From: Octopus vulgaris
Taxonomy: Eukaryota
Length of the DNA stretch: 64,000 bases
Reading direction: 5' to 3'
Assembly: GCA_951406725.2 (NCBI GenBank)
Contig: OX597819.1
Span: 112,220,001-112,284,000 of the forward strand
Part shown: positions 1 to 12,811 of the stretch, piece after piece
Numbering within the stretch: the stretch's first letter is position 1
How the letters are laid out: each line of letters begins with the position of its first letter
Made by a program: the position numbers and the translations under genes
Notes under the pieces: model-generated
Told to the model about the DNA's origin: nothing
Database searches by the model: none
What the model saw: the letters and a program-made list of their open reading frames with translations, nothing else

Positions 1-60
1 AATTGAATATTAAGTATTTATGGAATTTTGATTTACTGCCGGGTGATTTTTGATCAACCT

Positions 61-104
<44 letters not shown>

Positions 105-105
<1 letters not shown>

Positions 106-297
106 TCTTTTATTTGTTTCAGTCACTTGAATGTGGTCATGCTGGAGCATCACCTTAAAGGATTTTAGTCAAAGAACTTTTTCTTCGTAAGCTTAGTTCT
201 TATTCTATCGGTCTCTTTTGTAGAAATGTAAAGTTACTGGAACATAAACATGCCAGTATTGGTTGTCAAGTGATGGTGGGGGGACAAACACAGACAC

Positions 298-338
<41 letters not shown>

Positions 339-487
339 GCTTCTTCCAATTTCCGTCAGCCAAATCCACTCACAAGGCTTTGGTTGGCCTGAAGCTATAG
401 CAGAAGACACTTGCCCAAGGTGCCATGCAGTGGGACTGAACATGGAACCATGTGGTTGGGAAAAAAGCTTCTTACCACGCAACCATG
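105..487 (-). mobile_element. tRNA-headed SINE family B (CORE-like body, internal (TA)n, CR1/L2-type tail)
   Basis: Reverse complement matches the copies at 6769-7223 and 30010-30407 (caccttgggcaagtgtctt body; gctccagcatg...gactgaaacaaataaaag tail). Confidence 0.85.
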
Positions 488-719
488 TATGTATGTATGT
501 AATTAAATAAATGACAAAGGAACAGGAAATTATGCATGCAATGAACTTCATTAGCTTCTGGCTGTTTCTACTACAAGGAGCAGTACACTCAGAGTTGAGT
601 GTTTATGCATCAACTTACAGCTTCATCAGAACATCCAATGCTTTATTCTGAAGAATACAGTGTTCTAACACCAGGTTATTAGTATTGCTATGCCTCAGTT
701 AAACATTAACATTAACTTG

Positions 720-743
720 TATGTGTGTACATATGTATAATGT

Positions 744-814
<71 letters not shown>

Positions 815-820
815 CACACA
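720..820. repeat. (TA)n/(CA)n microsatellite
   Basis: Seen directly in the sequence. Confidence 0.95.
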
Positions 821-998
821 TCATCATCATCGATTAATGTCCGTTTTCTATGCTAGAATGGGTTGGACGGTTCGACCAGGGTCTGGGAAGCCAGGAGGCT
901 GCACCAGGCTCCAGTCTGATCTGGCAGTGTTTCTACAGCTGGATGCCCTTCCTAATGCCAACCCCTCCGTGAGTGTAGTGGGTGCCTTTTACATGCCA
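820..998 (-). mobile_element. 3' end fragment of an RTE-type LINE with (TGA)n tail
   Basis: catcatcatcg...gtccgttttc...gggttggacgg...ctggatgcccttcctaa motif shared with 14163-14470, 22400-22894 and 60630-61120. Confidence 0.8.
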
Positions 999-1809
999 TA
1001 CATTCATAAACAAATGTACATCTATCTATCTATATATATATATATATATATCATCATCATCATCATCGTTTAACGTCCGTTCTCCATGCTAGCATGGGTT
1101 GGATGGAGCATGGGTATATATATACATATACGAACACACATGAAAAATAAATATATGTACAGCTAAAATTAATATAATATATACTTAAAGAACAACAACA
1201 ACAACATTGATGCTGATTTGAAACAAGAAACATGAAGGCACCATAAATCATTGATTTTTGAAAAGCATAACAGCTGTGAGCGAATTCTTAACATTCACTA
1301 AATCGATACTACCTCATAAATGTCAGAGAGATGGCCATATCTGGAAGACAATCAAAAACGGATAACTCTTAGCTTTATGAACAATAACTAACTGAGTCTA
1401 CTAGAAACTGCTGACTCGCTACGACAATAAAAGTTTTATAGTTCTACTACTGTTGTATAATTTTGACACACTAGACTAGTATGTGCATGTGTATAAATGT
1501 GTGTGCATATGAATGTTTTTGTGTGTCTGTGTCTATATACACATGTATGTATGTTATGTATGTATGTATGTATGTATGTATGTGCAAATATATAAGTGTA
1601 TACAAATAAAGATTTATATATATATATACATATAAAATGCATACATGTGTGTGTGTATGTATGTATGTGCAAGTGTACAAGTGTATACAAATAAAGATTT
1701 ATATATATATACATATAAACATGCATACATATGTGTGTGCATGCACACACACACACACATACACACAGAGGTCTTTAATTAATAAATTCTAGCTTCACAA
1801 TGCTTTTCA

Positions 1810-2330
1810 TTTCATCATCATTTCACATTCGTTTTCCATGCTGGCAAGGGTTGGATGGTTTTACAGGGGCTGGCTAGGCAGGAGACTGCTCCGAGCTCAA
1901 CCATCCGTTTCGAATAGGTTTCTACAGCTGGATGCCTTTCGTAATGCCGAGCACTATATAAAGTGTACTAGGTGCTTTTTATGTGATACCAACATCAGTA
2001 AGATCACTGGGTAACTTGCAAGACAAAGACTCCTCAAATGAGAAGGGGAGTGAACCAGGTGATGAGAGGTTAAACTACGATAGAGGGACAGAAAGAGGTT
2101 CCTTGCTGTAGAGGAGATACATGGCCACACCAGTCAGAGAGAGACAGAGAAAGATGATGATGTACCAGGGTGTACCCTCAAGATACAAAGAGGTGAATGT
2201 AAGTGGAATGGTACAGAGGATGGGACAGGCTGAGTGAGCATGGTGTCCACAAGAGTGCAAAAGGGGAGCGGGTGAGATGGGAAGAGAAAGGGAATACAAT
2301 GAATGGTGAACATAAGTATATAGGGGAACA
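1810..2330 (-). mobile_element. Diverged non-autonomous RTE-related repeat
   Basis: Same 3' terminus as the RTE fragments (ttttccatgctggc...ggatgcc); a similar diverged copy lies at about 40820-41300. Confidence 0.55.
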
Positions 2331-2340
2331 GCAATTAATC

Positions 2341-2700
2341 ACATTATTTACATTTGACGAATATTTGTCCTCATCTTGTTTGTTGCTAACACAACGTTTC
2401 GGCTGATATACTCTCCAGCCTTCTTCAGATGTCTTGGGGGAATTTCAAACCTGGGTTCTCATTCCTAAGATATTTTTCAATGTTATTATTATTATGATTA
2501 TTATTATTATTACTATAGTTGTTGTTGTTGTTCAGGTCACTGCTTGGAATTGAACTTGGAATCTTGGGTTTAGTAGCCTGCGCTCTTAACCATTGCATCA
2601 TATGCCAAAACATTGTGTTAACAACAAACAAGATGAGGACAAATATTCGTCAAATGTAAATAATGGAAATAATGTACATAATTCCTCATCTCTTAAATAT
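2341..2700 (-). mobile_element. tRNA-headed element with hammerhead motif and Penelope-type inverted terminal copy
   Basis: A-box-like 2590-2600, B-box GTTCAATTCC at 2546-2555, (AAT)n spacer, hammerhead at 2388-2433, inverted arms 2341-2394 and 2613-2665. Confidence 0.7.
2388..2433 (-). ncRNA. Minimal type I hammerhead ribozyme motif
   Basis: GACAU-CUGAAGA-A-GGCUG/CAGCC (stem II)-GAAA-CGUU-GUGUU; stem I GACAU/GUGUU; palindromic stem III AACGUU. Confidence 0.75.
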
Positions 2701-2981
2701 AGAACAACAATTAATTAGTTGGCAAATGGCGTATAGTAGAGAGAGATGACAAAGCAGTGTTGGACAACAGAAGTAGGTGGAGGTAGACAAGCATAGTACA
2801 TGATGTGACATGGTTTGATTCATTGGTGGAGGTGTGAAAAAATGTATGGTGTGGGTGGAGAGCACGTAATACACATTACTTATAGAACTGTTTTGCTGAA
2901 ATACCAACAAATTTACTATTATTTTCTGTTTCCGTATTGATAGCACAGATTTTAGTGGTATAGGAGTAATAAATTTGTTAT

Positions 2982-3024
2982 CTGTAGCTGATGAGGCATA
3001 ATGACACAGAAACACATCCTACAG
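2982..3024 (+). ncRNA. Decayed minimal hammerhead motif
   Basis: CUGUAG-CUGAUGA-...-GAAA-CACA-UC-CUACAG; perfect 6-bp stem I; stem III looks like a CpG-decayed CGCG. Confidence 0.6.
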
Positions 3025-3210
3025 TCCATTGACATCATTCAGAAGCAGTTGCTGCAATGAAGGTTATTTCCCATTTTAGTGTATATGAACAGGTTAAATA
3101 TTTTGGTCAGATATGGCTGGTTTGAATGCTAAAGGGTTAATGAAAAGACAAAATAAGAATTTGTGTACATATAATTCTTCATCATTCTCCAAAATGTTGA
3201 ACAACTTTAA

Positions 3211-3431
3211 CCCTTTAGCGTTTAAACTGGCCATATCCGGCCAAAAGTATTTTGCTTGTTTTATGTTCAAACTGGCCATATCTGGTCTCTCACACAAATC
3301 CTACAATATTGTTTTAAAAATTAACAGCTACCTCATCAAAATCTCCTAGCTATAAGATAACACATGATTAATTCAAAACAATGTGGATAGAAAAGCATTA
3401 ATTTTGGCAGAATAATGCGAACACTAAAGGG
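3211..3431. mobile_element. piggyBac-type MITE
   Basis: TTAA on both flanks (3207-3210, 3432-3435); TIR ccctttagcgttt / aacactaaaggg; second copy at 53187-53408 and an end fragment at about 3095-3140. Confidence 0.85.
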
Positions 3432-4038
3432 TTAAACAATTTGAAACCAAAATGATAATATTAAACATGGCAACCTGTCCCCATTTTCTGTCAGCAGAGA
3501 CCACCACCATATACTTATGGGTGGAGGGTGTCTAGCCTTTCCTATGAGAAGCAATGAGTTAAGGTGACCAGAATGATTACATAACTAAACAGAGGTCAAA
3601 TAATATCTGGACACACCCGCTTTCACAAAATTCATCTTGAGTTTAGAAAACATAATTGCCAGACTATAACGGTCTACATTAGGGAATTCCCTCCCCAACA
3701 CACAGCAAAACAATGACATATGTTCCATAAATTACCAAACAATCATTTATAGATATTGACAGCTCTAATTTAGCTCAAGACTACAGCAATTATAAACGAT
3801 ATAATATCAAGGACATTGATACGTTGATTATAATATACTATATATATATCCATGAATACGCACGCACATACACACATCGATATATACACACACACTGAGA
3901 TTCATGGATCTAAGCATACATATGCAATTGTGTTTGTCTGTATGTGTATTTCCAGATAGAGAACGATACGTATAGATAGAAAAATACACATATATATTTA
4001 TACAAACACACACAACTCAAAACACGAGTATATGTATG

Positions 4039-4081
<43 letters not shown>

Positions 4082-4094
4082 ATGATAATAATAA

Positions 4095-4462
4095 TCCTTT
4101 CTACTATAGGCATGAGGTCTGAATTTGGGGAGGGGAATAGTCAATTTCGTCGACCCCAGTGTTTCATTGGTACTTCATTTAGCAACCCCAAAAGGATGAA
4201 AGGCAAAGTCAACCTTGGCGGAATTTGAACTCAGACTGTAGCAGCAGACGAAATACCTATTTCTTTACTGCCCACAAGGGGCTACACACAGAGGGGACAA
4301 ACAAGGACAGACAAACAGATTAAGTCGATTATATCAACCCCAGTGCGTAACTGGTACTTATTTAATCGACCCCGAAAGGATGAAAGGCAAAGTCGACCTT
4401 GGTGGAATTTGAACTCAGACTATAGAGGCAGACGAAATACCGCTAAGCATTTTGCTCAGCAT
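4095..4462 (-). mobile_element. SINE family A, dimeric body (Meta-domain-like gcctttcatcctttcggggtcgat)
   Basis: Two tandem copies of the body; matches many other copies in the window. Confidence 0.85.
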
Positions 4463-5646
4463 GATAATAATAATAATGATAACAATAATAATAATGAATA
4501 TGTTGTATACAGTGATTCAGTAGAAGCAACAAAGTAACTCAAATGCACAAAACTCTTGGCCCTTGAGTCACTTTGTTGCTTTTGCTAAATATTAATAAAA
4601 TCGTGTGTGTGTGCGTGTGTTTATGTGTGTGCACATATGTGTATGGATTTGGTAGAAAGGGGACTAAAGGAATCCTGACTCTCCAAATGCATTCACAAGG
4701 CTTTGGTCAACCTGGGGTTAATTAGAAGACACTTGCCCAAGGTGATGTGCAGTAAGACTGAACCCAATACCACATAGTTGGGAAGTATGCTGCTTAACCA
4801 GCTTACTTTCAATACCTGCCGTACCTGCATCTCTCTCTCCCTCTCTCCCCCTCAGTCTCAATCTCTCATCTTCATCATTATTAATAAAGACATTAAATGA
4901 TGTGATATGATATGATATATATTTATACACAGAGAGAGGGAGGGAGAGACAGTGGGGAAATAGAAGGTGAATAGTCAGAGTGAGACAGATAGACAAACAG
5001 ACAGACAGACACACAGATGGAGAGACAGACGCATAAACAAACTGATAGATAGATTCATGGATAAACAGACAAACAAACAGATGAGTGACTGTTTTTAAAT
5101 ACACTAATATGAGTGAGTGAGTGATTGAGCAAATGAATGAGTGAGTGAGTGAGTGATTGAGTTGGGGTTTGTATGCATGCATAAGTAAACTCGTTATGGC
5201 ATTGGCATATGTTTCTTGAAAAATATTGTTGCAATGCAGAACCAGATAGCAATATAATAACGGCAACAGTAATGATGATCATCACCATCCACATTGCTAT
5301 CATCACTGTCATGATTGTTGCTGTAGATGAAAGTCTTACTTGCAGAAATGAGAGTTGCAGACCAAACGACTGGGGTTAATGCCAAAGTTTTATACTGACA
5401 TCGATACATACATATTTAACAATGGTGTATTGATGTAGAACATTCACACATACATGCATACACATATGCACACACACACACACACACACATATGTATACA
5501 CAAACACACACACGCAAACATATATACATACTATACATATATAATATGCATATTATACATATTTTTATATACTATAGATGTATATATATTACACATACAT
5601 ACATACATACATATATATATATACTATACATATATACATATATATT

Positions 5647-5976
5647 TACTCTTTTACTTGTTTCAGTCATATGACTGTGGCCATGCTGGAGCACTACCTT
5701 TAGGCGAACAAATCGACATCATGAATTATTCTTTGTAAGCACCATTTGAGCATGGCTGATGCTAGTATCACCTGACTGGCCCTTGTACTGGAGGCACGTA
5801 AAAGTGACCGCTACACTCTTGGAGTGGTTGGTGTTAGGAAGGGCATCCAGCTGTAGAAACTTTGAAAGATCAGATTGGAGACTGGTGCAGCCTTCTGGCT
5901 CACCAGCCCTCAGTCCAACCGTCCAACCCATGCCAGTATGGAAAGTGGATGTTAAACAATGATGATGATGATTATG

Positions 5977-6016
<40 letters not shown>

Positions 6017-6168
6017 TGTACATACATACATACATATACTCTTTTACTTCTTTCTGTCATTTAACTGCTGCCATGCTGGAGCATCACCTTTAGTCAAGCA
6101 AATTGACCCCAGGACTTATTCTTTGTAAGACTAGTATTTATTCTATCAGTCTCTTTGCTGAACTGCTA
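5647..6168. mobile_element. Nested cluster: SINE B tails (minus; 5647-5740 and 6038-6168) around an RTE 3' fragment (plus; 5739-5975)
   Basis: Similarity by eye to other copies in the window. Confidence 0.7.
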
Positions 6169-6459
6169 CTTTTACAAAAGAAGAAGAAAAGGAAAAGTAA
6201 CAGAAAACAATGCCAGATTTGGTCAATGGCAAATTTTCGAAGATTAAGACATGAATACATAGACAAGCCTTAAAAGTAATCAGGACACACTCACAGCATA
6301 AATAGTGTTAGGAAGGGCATGAAACCATAGAAACCAAGCCAAAACCAAAATATATAACTGAGGTGTGAATCTCTGACCTACCAGGGATAGCAGAAACTCC
6401 AAATTAGAACTGATTTGGATTGTGCTGATCCATCTAACCCATACCAGCATGGAAGTGGA

Positions 6460-6715
6460 GACATGTGGCTTAGTGGTTAGGGTGTTGGACTCATGATCTT
6501 AAGATTGTGGTTTCATTTCCTGGACCAGGCAACACGTTGTGTTCTTGAGCAAAACACTTCATTTCACGTTGCTCCAGTCCACTCAGCTGGTAAGAATGAA
6601 TAGCCCTGCAACAGACCAGCATCCTGTCCAGGTGGGAAATTTATATGCCACGGAAACCGGGAAACCAGCCCTTATGAGTCAGCATGACTCGAGAAGTAAC
6701 TTTACCTTACTTTTG
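6460..6715 (+). mobile_element. tRNA-headed SINE family C
   Basis: gtggcttagtggttagggtgttggactcatgatc head and ttgtgttcttgagcaaaacact body; other copies at 27170-27485 (-), 40368-40685 (+) and 61880-62020 (+). Confidence 0.75.
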
Positions 6716-6768
6716 CCAAGCATGGAAAGTAGACATTGGAAAATGATTATGTATGCATGCACATACAT

Positions 6769-6961
6769 GGCGCAGGAGTGGTTGTGTGGTAAGTAGCTAG
6801 GCTCAGGAGTGGCTGTGTGGTAATTTGCTTACTTACCAACCACATAGTTCCAAGTTCAGTCCCGCTGCATGGCACCTTGGGCAAGTGTCTTCTACTATGG
6901 CCTTGGGCAAACCAAAGCCTTATGAGTGGATTTGGTAGACAGAAACTGAAAAGAAGCCTGT

Positions 6962-7008
<47 letters not shown>

Positions 7009-7223
7009 TTGTGTGTCTGTGTTTGTCCCCCCAACATCACTTAACAATCGATGCTGGTGTGTATACGCCCCTGTAGCTTAGTGGTTTGGCAAAAGAGACT
7101 GATAGAATAAATACTAGGCTTACAAAGAATAAGTCCTGGGGTCGATTTGCTCAACTAAAGGCAGTGCTCCAGCATGGCCACAGTCAAATAACTGAAGCAA
7201 GTAAAAGAGTAAGAGTAAAAGAG
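6769..7223 (+). mobile_element. Full-length SINE family B with duplicated 5' head
   Basis: ggcgcaggagtgg..gtgtggtaa occurs twice (6769, 6800); internal (TA)n; gtaaaaga tail. Confidence 0.85.
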
Positions 7224-7244
7224 TATATGTATGAATCTCCAGTA

Positions 7245-7705
7245 CTGAAGCCATCATCCAATGCCGTCTTCTAAGATGGGCCAGCCACGTTATCAGGATG
7301 CCTGATAATTGCCTCCCAAAAATGGTCTTCTTCAGAGAGCTATCAACCAGTGTTTGCCTGCATGGGGGCCACAAGAGGTTCAGGGACCCCCTTAATTTGT
7401 CCTCAAATTCTGCAACATTCAACTGACACAAATTGATCACTTTGCTCAGAACCAACAAACCTGGTGATCCCTGTGCAATGAAGGAGCTGCACACTTTGAA
7501 CTAATCCGACATAAGAAACTTAACATAAAGTGACATCAATGTCATCTCAGATTCTACAGCAACATAATAGGCAACTTCCCTTGCCATCTATGATCAAGGA
7601 CATGCCATTCCAGGATCCGACTGCTTTCACATCTATCAACGGACAAAATGTAGAATAAGACTCCTAGAGGACAACGTCATCGTCAGCATTGAAGGATAGC
7701 TATAA
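7245..7705 (+). pseudogene. Degenerate RTE/BovB-like LINE ORF C-terminus
   Basis: Manual translation gives RLLRWASHVIRMPDNCLPKMVFFRELS...EGAAHFE...FPCHL*SRTCHSRIRLLSH, with stops and frameshifts. Confidence 0.8.
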
Positions 7706-8159
7706 GCAAGTAAATGTATATATGTACGTATGTGTGTGTAATGTGATGCTGAGTGATTTTTACGTGTGTGTGTATATATATTTATAACATGTTGAATGCA
7801 TATATACATTAGTGTGTGTGTGTGTGTGTGTGTGTATAACATGATGCTGAATGTAAGAAAAAAAACAATAAATTAGCAAAACATGAAGAATATTAGAGAT
7901 GTGTTGTGTTATCAGGCTCTCAATACTGCACATCCATCCATCCATACATCCATCCATACATACATCCATCCATACATCCATCCATCCATACATACATATG
8001 TAGAGACTAATATTTATCTGCTTATGAACTTTTGCATAGCAAATAGAGGTGAGATATCTCGCTGTGTTTGGCACTGAAGAAATGGTATCTAGATAGCTAA
8101 ATGAAGTAATAAGATACATATTAACAAATTCAAGAAATGTTTCGTGAAATTTATTGGAC

Positions 8160-8545
8160 ATGGTTATGATGTTGATGATGATGATGACAGTAATGATGAT
8201 GACAACAATAATAATGATGGTGATGATGATTATGATGATGACAGCCACCTTCAACAGATGACGATGACGACAATGGCGACAACAGCAAAGGTGATAACAA
8301 TGGCAATGAGGCTGGTGATAACAATGATAGCAATAATGATGGCTACCTCCAACAATGATGATAATAATGATGATGACAACGATTAATAACAATAATGAGT
8401 CACGTTAGATAACCAATGGCGATGATGATGATGGTGATGATGATGATGATGATGATGATGTGATGATGATGATGATGATGATGATGATGGTGATGATGAT
8501 GGTGATGGTGATGATGATGATGAGGAGGAAGAGGAGGAGGCTAAT
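8160..8545. repeat. (GAT)n/(GGT)n degenerate trinucleotide tract
   Basis: Seen directly in the sequence. Confidence 0.9.
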
Positions 8546-8937
8546 GACAATAATCAGTATATGATGGCAGCTGAAATGTGCAATCTTTAATTATTTGAAA
8601 ATCAGATATTCCGTTTCCCAGTATCAAAGCAGTTTGTTAGCAATTTCCTCCCCAGATTTCTTATATCTCCCAAAGGATGGCTCTCTTGCTGCGAAGTTCA
8701 ATAGATGTCAAATGGAAATTTTAATGCTGCTGCATCTACGTAATGTGTCGTTGGCACCACAGATGTCAACAAGCTTGAAAACATCATCTGTATAGAGAGT
8801 CTTTAATTAGTCACATCCCTACAAGAAATAGCTGCTAAATTTCTCTCACTATCTTAAAAAAAAAAAGAAAGGATACGTCAGACTACACAGTACTATATAT
8901 GTATGTATGTATGTGTGTATGTATGTATGTATGATGA

Positions 8938-9445
8938 TTGTGCATGAAGGGACAGCCACTTTTGAGAAATCTTGAGTTGCACATGAGGAAGTAAGGAGGG
9001 ATGTCAGGAAGGGCATCGCTGTTACACTTCCAGAAGGGAAGGGTCTTCCTTTGATGCTGACATGCAATGTCTGTGCAAGACCCTGCCTCAGTAAAGCTGA
9101 ACTCAAGAGTCATCTTCGTAGTCATAAAACGAGACAGATGAGTGACAACCTGGCCACTGGTGGTGGTGTAACACACCATACTAATCATATCTGTCGGGCA
9201 TGTGGAAGAGAGTGTAATTTGGCAGGAGGACTTAAACGACATGCAAAGGTACATGAAGCCCAGTTACAACTACAGCTGGCTATTACCAGTAAAGGTTTTA
9301 GTTGCCAATTTTGTACAAGACATTGTAGATCTTTAGCTGGGCTAAAGAGTCACATTCGATCAAAGCACCAGTAACAGTTAAGCTTCGTGCAATGGCCATA
9401 CTCGATAACGAGGGGGCAGCCATAATATATATATATATATATTAT
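8938..9445 (+). mobile_element. 5'-truncated RTE LINE 3' end encoding three C2H2 zinc fingers
   Basis: In-frame VHEGTATFEKS* upstream of CNVCARPCLSKAELKSHLRSH, CRACGRECNLAGGLKRHAKVH and CQFCTRHCRSLAGLKSHIRSKH; short hairpin 3' UTR (tggccatactcg...cgagggggcagcca) and an AT-rich tail. Confidence 0.8.
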
Positions 9446-11617
9446 TATAAAGATGGTTAAGACTTGAATGCTGTTGATCATGCAATCATATCTCTGCTCA
9501 AGAAGAGTTGACCTGGGGCTAAACAACATCAGCAGCAACATTACAATGAGCAAATGAAGGAATCACTATAAGGTAGCTTGATCTAATAGAAACAGCAAAC
9601 ACAGCTACATTAAATCACACCCTGCCAAGATAATATAGTCCTAATGCGTTTTAGAGTTAGCCCTTGTCCATGAATGCGTATGGATAGGTAACATGTACTG
9701 AATTTTGGGTAATTGTTTTCGATGCCCATGTGGTCACAAGCAGTCATAGACAGCTTATAGTAAGCAAACACAAATACTCCCTGGGCCCTCCCACTCTTGA
9801 CCTAGTGAAAAATATAGTATGTGACAGATGTAAGGAGAATGGACTGTACCAGTGCTAGGCTGGTATACTTTACAGCTGGAAAACACTGTAGCCACGTAAA
9901 GTGAAGAGCCTTGCTCAAGGAGACAATGCACAACAATCAAATGCTTGACCTTTCGATCCTGAATCCAACGTCATAAACATAAGACCATGTGCCTTCCCTG
10001 TAGATAACCACTGTGCATTGGATAAAATAATTCTAGATACATTGTCTGTCTACACCCATACATCGTGACTCATCTCTTTGCTCCACTATTATATTCCTAT
10101 TCCTTTCCTCTCATATGTCTCACATTTCCTTCTATCCTCATTTTATCTCCTGGTTCACATTGCCTCTGTTATCTCTCTATCTTCTGGCTTATATTACTAT
10201 CACTGTACAAACTTGTTTCAGAATACTGAGTACCCTTACCACTCATCTCTCTTATGACTTATCGTTCATGCATTTATCAGTCTTATCCTCTGCGCCTCTC
10301 ACTCTATAAAGAGGCTGATGAGCAAGCGGAAATTGGATCAAGAGGTCCATTAAGTCATTCTGTAGACCTGGCGCCTGTACAGCAGGGGTAACCAAGTAAA
10401 GAAATGAATACAGTACACCCTGTAAAGTGTAAGGTTGAGAAACATGTTGGTCTCCTCAAAATCATATTTCTTAGGAATAATGCCACAAAAACATACCCAA
10501 TGTATTCTTAAAGTTGTTGACATTATAAAGGGCATCAAGCCATAGAAACCAAACTGAAAATGAAACTGAATGGATATGTGGTCTTCACAGCCACTCTAAA
10601 TAAGCAGTACTCTTTGAATATGCCCTGACCCAAACTATGGTGACCCATCTAACCCATGACAGCATGGAAAGTGGATGTAAGATAATGATGACTAGATGTC
10701 TACATCCATATACATTAGATAATGCAATCCGAGATACACTTTATATTGGACAAAGCAATCCTAGATACACTTTATGCAAATGTACCTAAGTGGGCATTCT
10801 ACCTGCTAGAAATAACAGCCAAATCTCCCTCCATAATCTCCCACCTTGAAAGAATGAAAACACATGTTGGATAATGATAACGACTGGTAAAGCTTTGAAT
10901 CACAAGCTGGAAAATGGGTGACTGGGGTGGCTTGGAAACAAAATGAACTTTGTCATCATTCAAAATTTGAGTTGAAAGTTGTTCAATACACAAGATGTTA
11001 GCTACTGGATTATCATAGCTCAGAATAAGTCCCTTGAGCAAGTATCTTGTGCTTTAATCTTGGATGACCAGACAATTGCAATGCCAGCCAGAGGGGCTGT
11101 TCTCCTACTTGGGCAATAGAATATACTCATTGCCCAGTTTAGCACCATCCAGTTCTTAAATGCTTTCAGCACATTCTGTTCTGTTATAAGCCAGCTCTCC
11201 AAGCTCTGGTCTCTGGAGTCCATTCTAATTCAAATTTCAGCCTCCAGTTTTGAGTGTAACCTCCTTCCTCCCTCTCACCAATCTCGAAGCCCCCCGTAAA
11301 AATAGAAATAAAACAAAAAAAAAAAAAGACAAGGGCACTGTCCTTCCTCATCTAAGTTATTCAAGGAAAAAAGAACAAAGAAGATAAAATTAGCAGTTAA
11401 GACATTTAACTGCTAATTTAACTGAAGATTAAATAAAAGGGAACATGGGAATGGAATTCATTTTTTTTTTTTTAACAAAAAGGCTTTGTTGCTGCATTGA
11501 TGCTTGTTTCATAAAGCTCATAACATGCTTTTAATTGCAAGGAAATCATCAACATCATGGACAGTGTCGCAGTTATTTTGAATACCATTAAATTATCTGC
11601 CTTTAAAAATGATAGCA

Positions 11618-11777
11618 ATTATTACTATCATCATTATTCTTATCATTATTTTTATTATTATGATCATTATTATTATTATTATCATTATTATTGTTGTTAT
11701 TATTATTATTGTTATTATTATTATTATTATTATTGTTATTATTATTATTATTATTATTGTTATTATTATTGTTATTA

Positions 11778-11815
<38 letters not shown>

Positions 11816-11852
11816 GTTATTATTATTGTTATTATTGTTGTTGTTGTTGTTA
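11618..11852. repeat. (TTA/TTG)n microsatellite
   Basis: Seen directly; explains the poly-I, poly-N and poly-Y ORFs. Confidence 0.95.
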
Positions 11853-12255
11853 TTCTGAAAATCAACATCAATCATCTTCATAACATATATGCATGTGTGT
11901 GTGTAATTGTATATCATTATTAATATTATTATCATCGTTATGCCCACTAATGCAAATTTGCAAAGATAATGCAAGCCAGGAAATTAAACAGTCACAAGCA
12001 CATAGACACACATGCATGCGTGCACATTTACGCATACAATAGAAATGTACACGTACATCTACATTATTGCATACACATGCATACATGTGCATGCGTGTGC
12101 GTGCATGCGTGTGCGTGCATGTGTGTGCAGACATGAATGTATAGATATGTGTTTACACATATACATACAAATACATGAGTGAATGAGAATTATTTAAGCC
12201 ACAATGACGTTACAAATCAATTTGTAATGTAATTCTATTAAATCAATCAGCACCT

Positions 12256-12291
<36 letters not shown>

Positions 12292-12811
12292 ACATACCTC
12301 AGTTTCCCAACCCCGCCATTCAACTTTTTATCTACTGCACACCAAATTCATACACCTCTCCCTCTCCATCCCATCTTTTCACCCTTCCACCATGAACTCA
12401 CCCCCATTTCTACACCCCCACAACACTCCACTCTATTATACCATCTTTTATCATCCTCCCCACAGACTACCTCTACACTCGTTCTCCACCCCCTATACAT
12501 CACCTTTAAACCTCTAAATGCTACTTCCCTACCCCCACAGCCCTCAGCCAATGAGAAAACCTCTATCTTATTTCTCAACCTGCTTCAAGTAAGTGAGTGA
12601 GTGAGCGAGCGAGTATTTACCTTCAGCCTTGCACATGTGTTTGCTAATGGTAAGCAAAAGTCATACTCTTCATTCAGATGGCGTTGTTTACAGTCCACCA
12701 TGAAATTAAGACCAGACATCTTGACATATTGCAAGCATGGAAAAGTAGTTGATAAAATGACAACAATAAGTAAATGATGATGATCTGTGTATATGTGTGC
12801 GTGTTTCTATA

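Noticed and set aside
1270-1472. Possible solo LTR (TG...AATAAA...CA)
   Set aside because: No TSD and no second copy in the window.
2535-2606. Genuine tRNA gene (also the SINE heads at 6460, 6769 and 41443)
   Set aside because: No complete cloverleaf, and each continues into a repeat body.
4514-4586. Short hairpin (aagcaacaaagt.actcaa / ttgagt.actttgttgctt) as a pre-miRNA
   Set aside because: It lies next to repeat sequence and matches no miRNA I recognise; more likely a small TE fold-back.
5340-5394. Minus-strand AG...GTAAGA exon candidate
   Set aside because: No polypyrimidine tract and the peptide is not recognisable.
9051-9374. Host C2H2 zinc-finger gene
   Set aside because: No TGEKP linkers, an upstream in-frame LINE motif with a stop, and a LINE-like tail.
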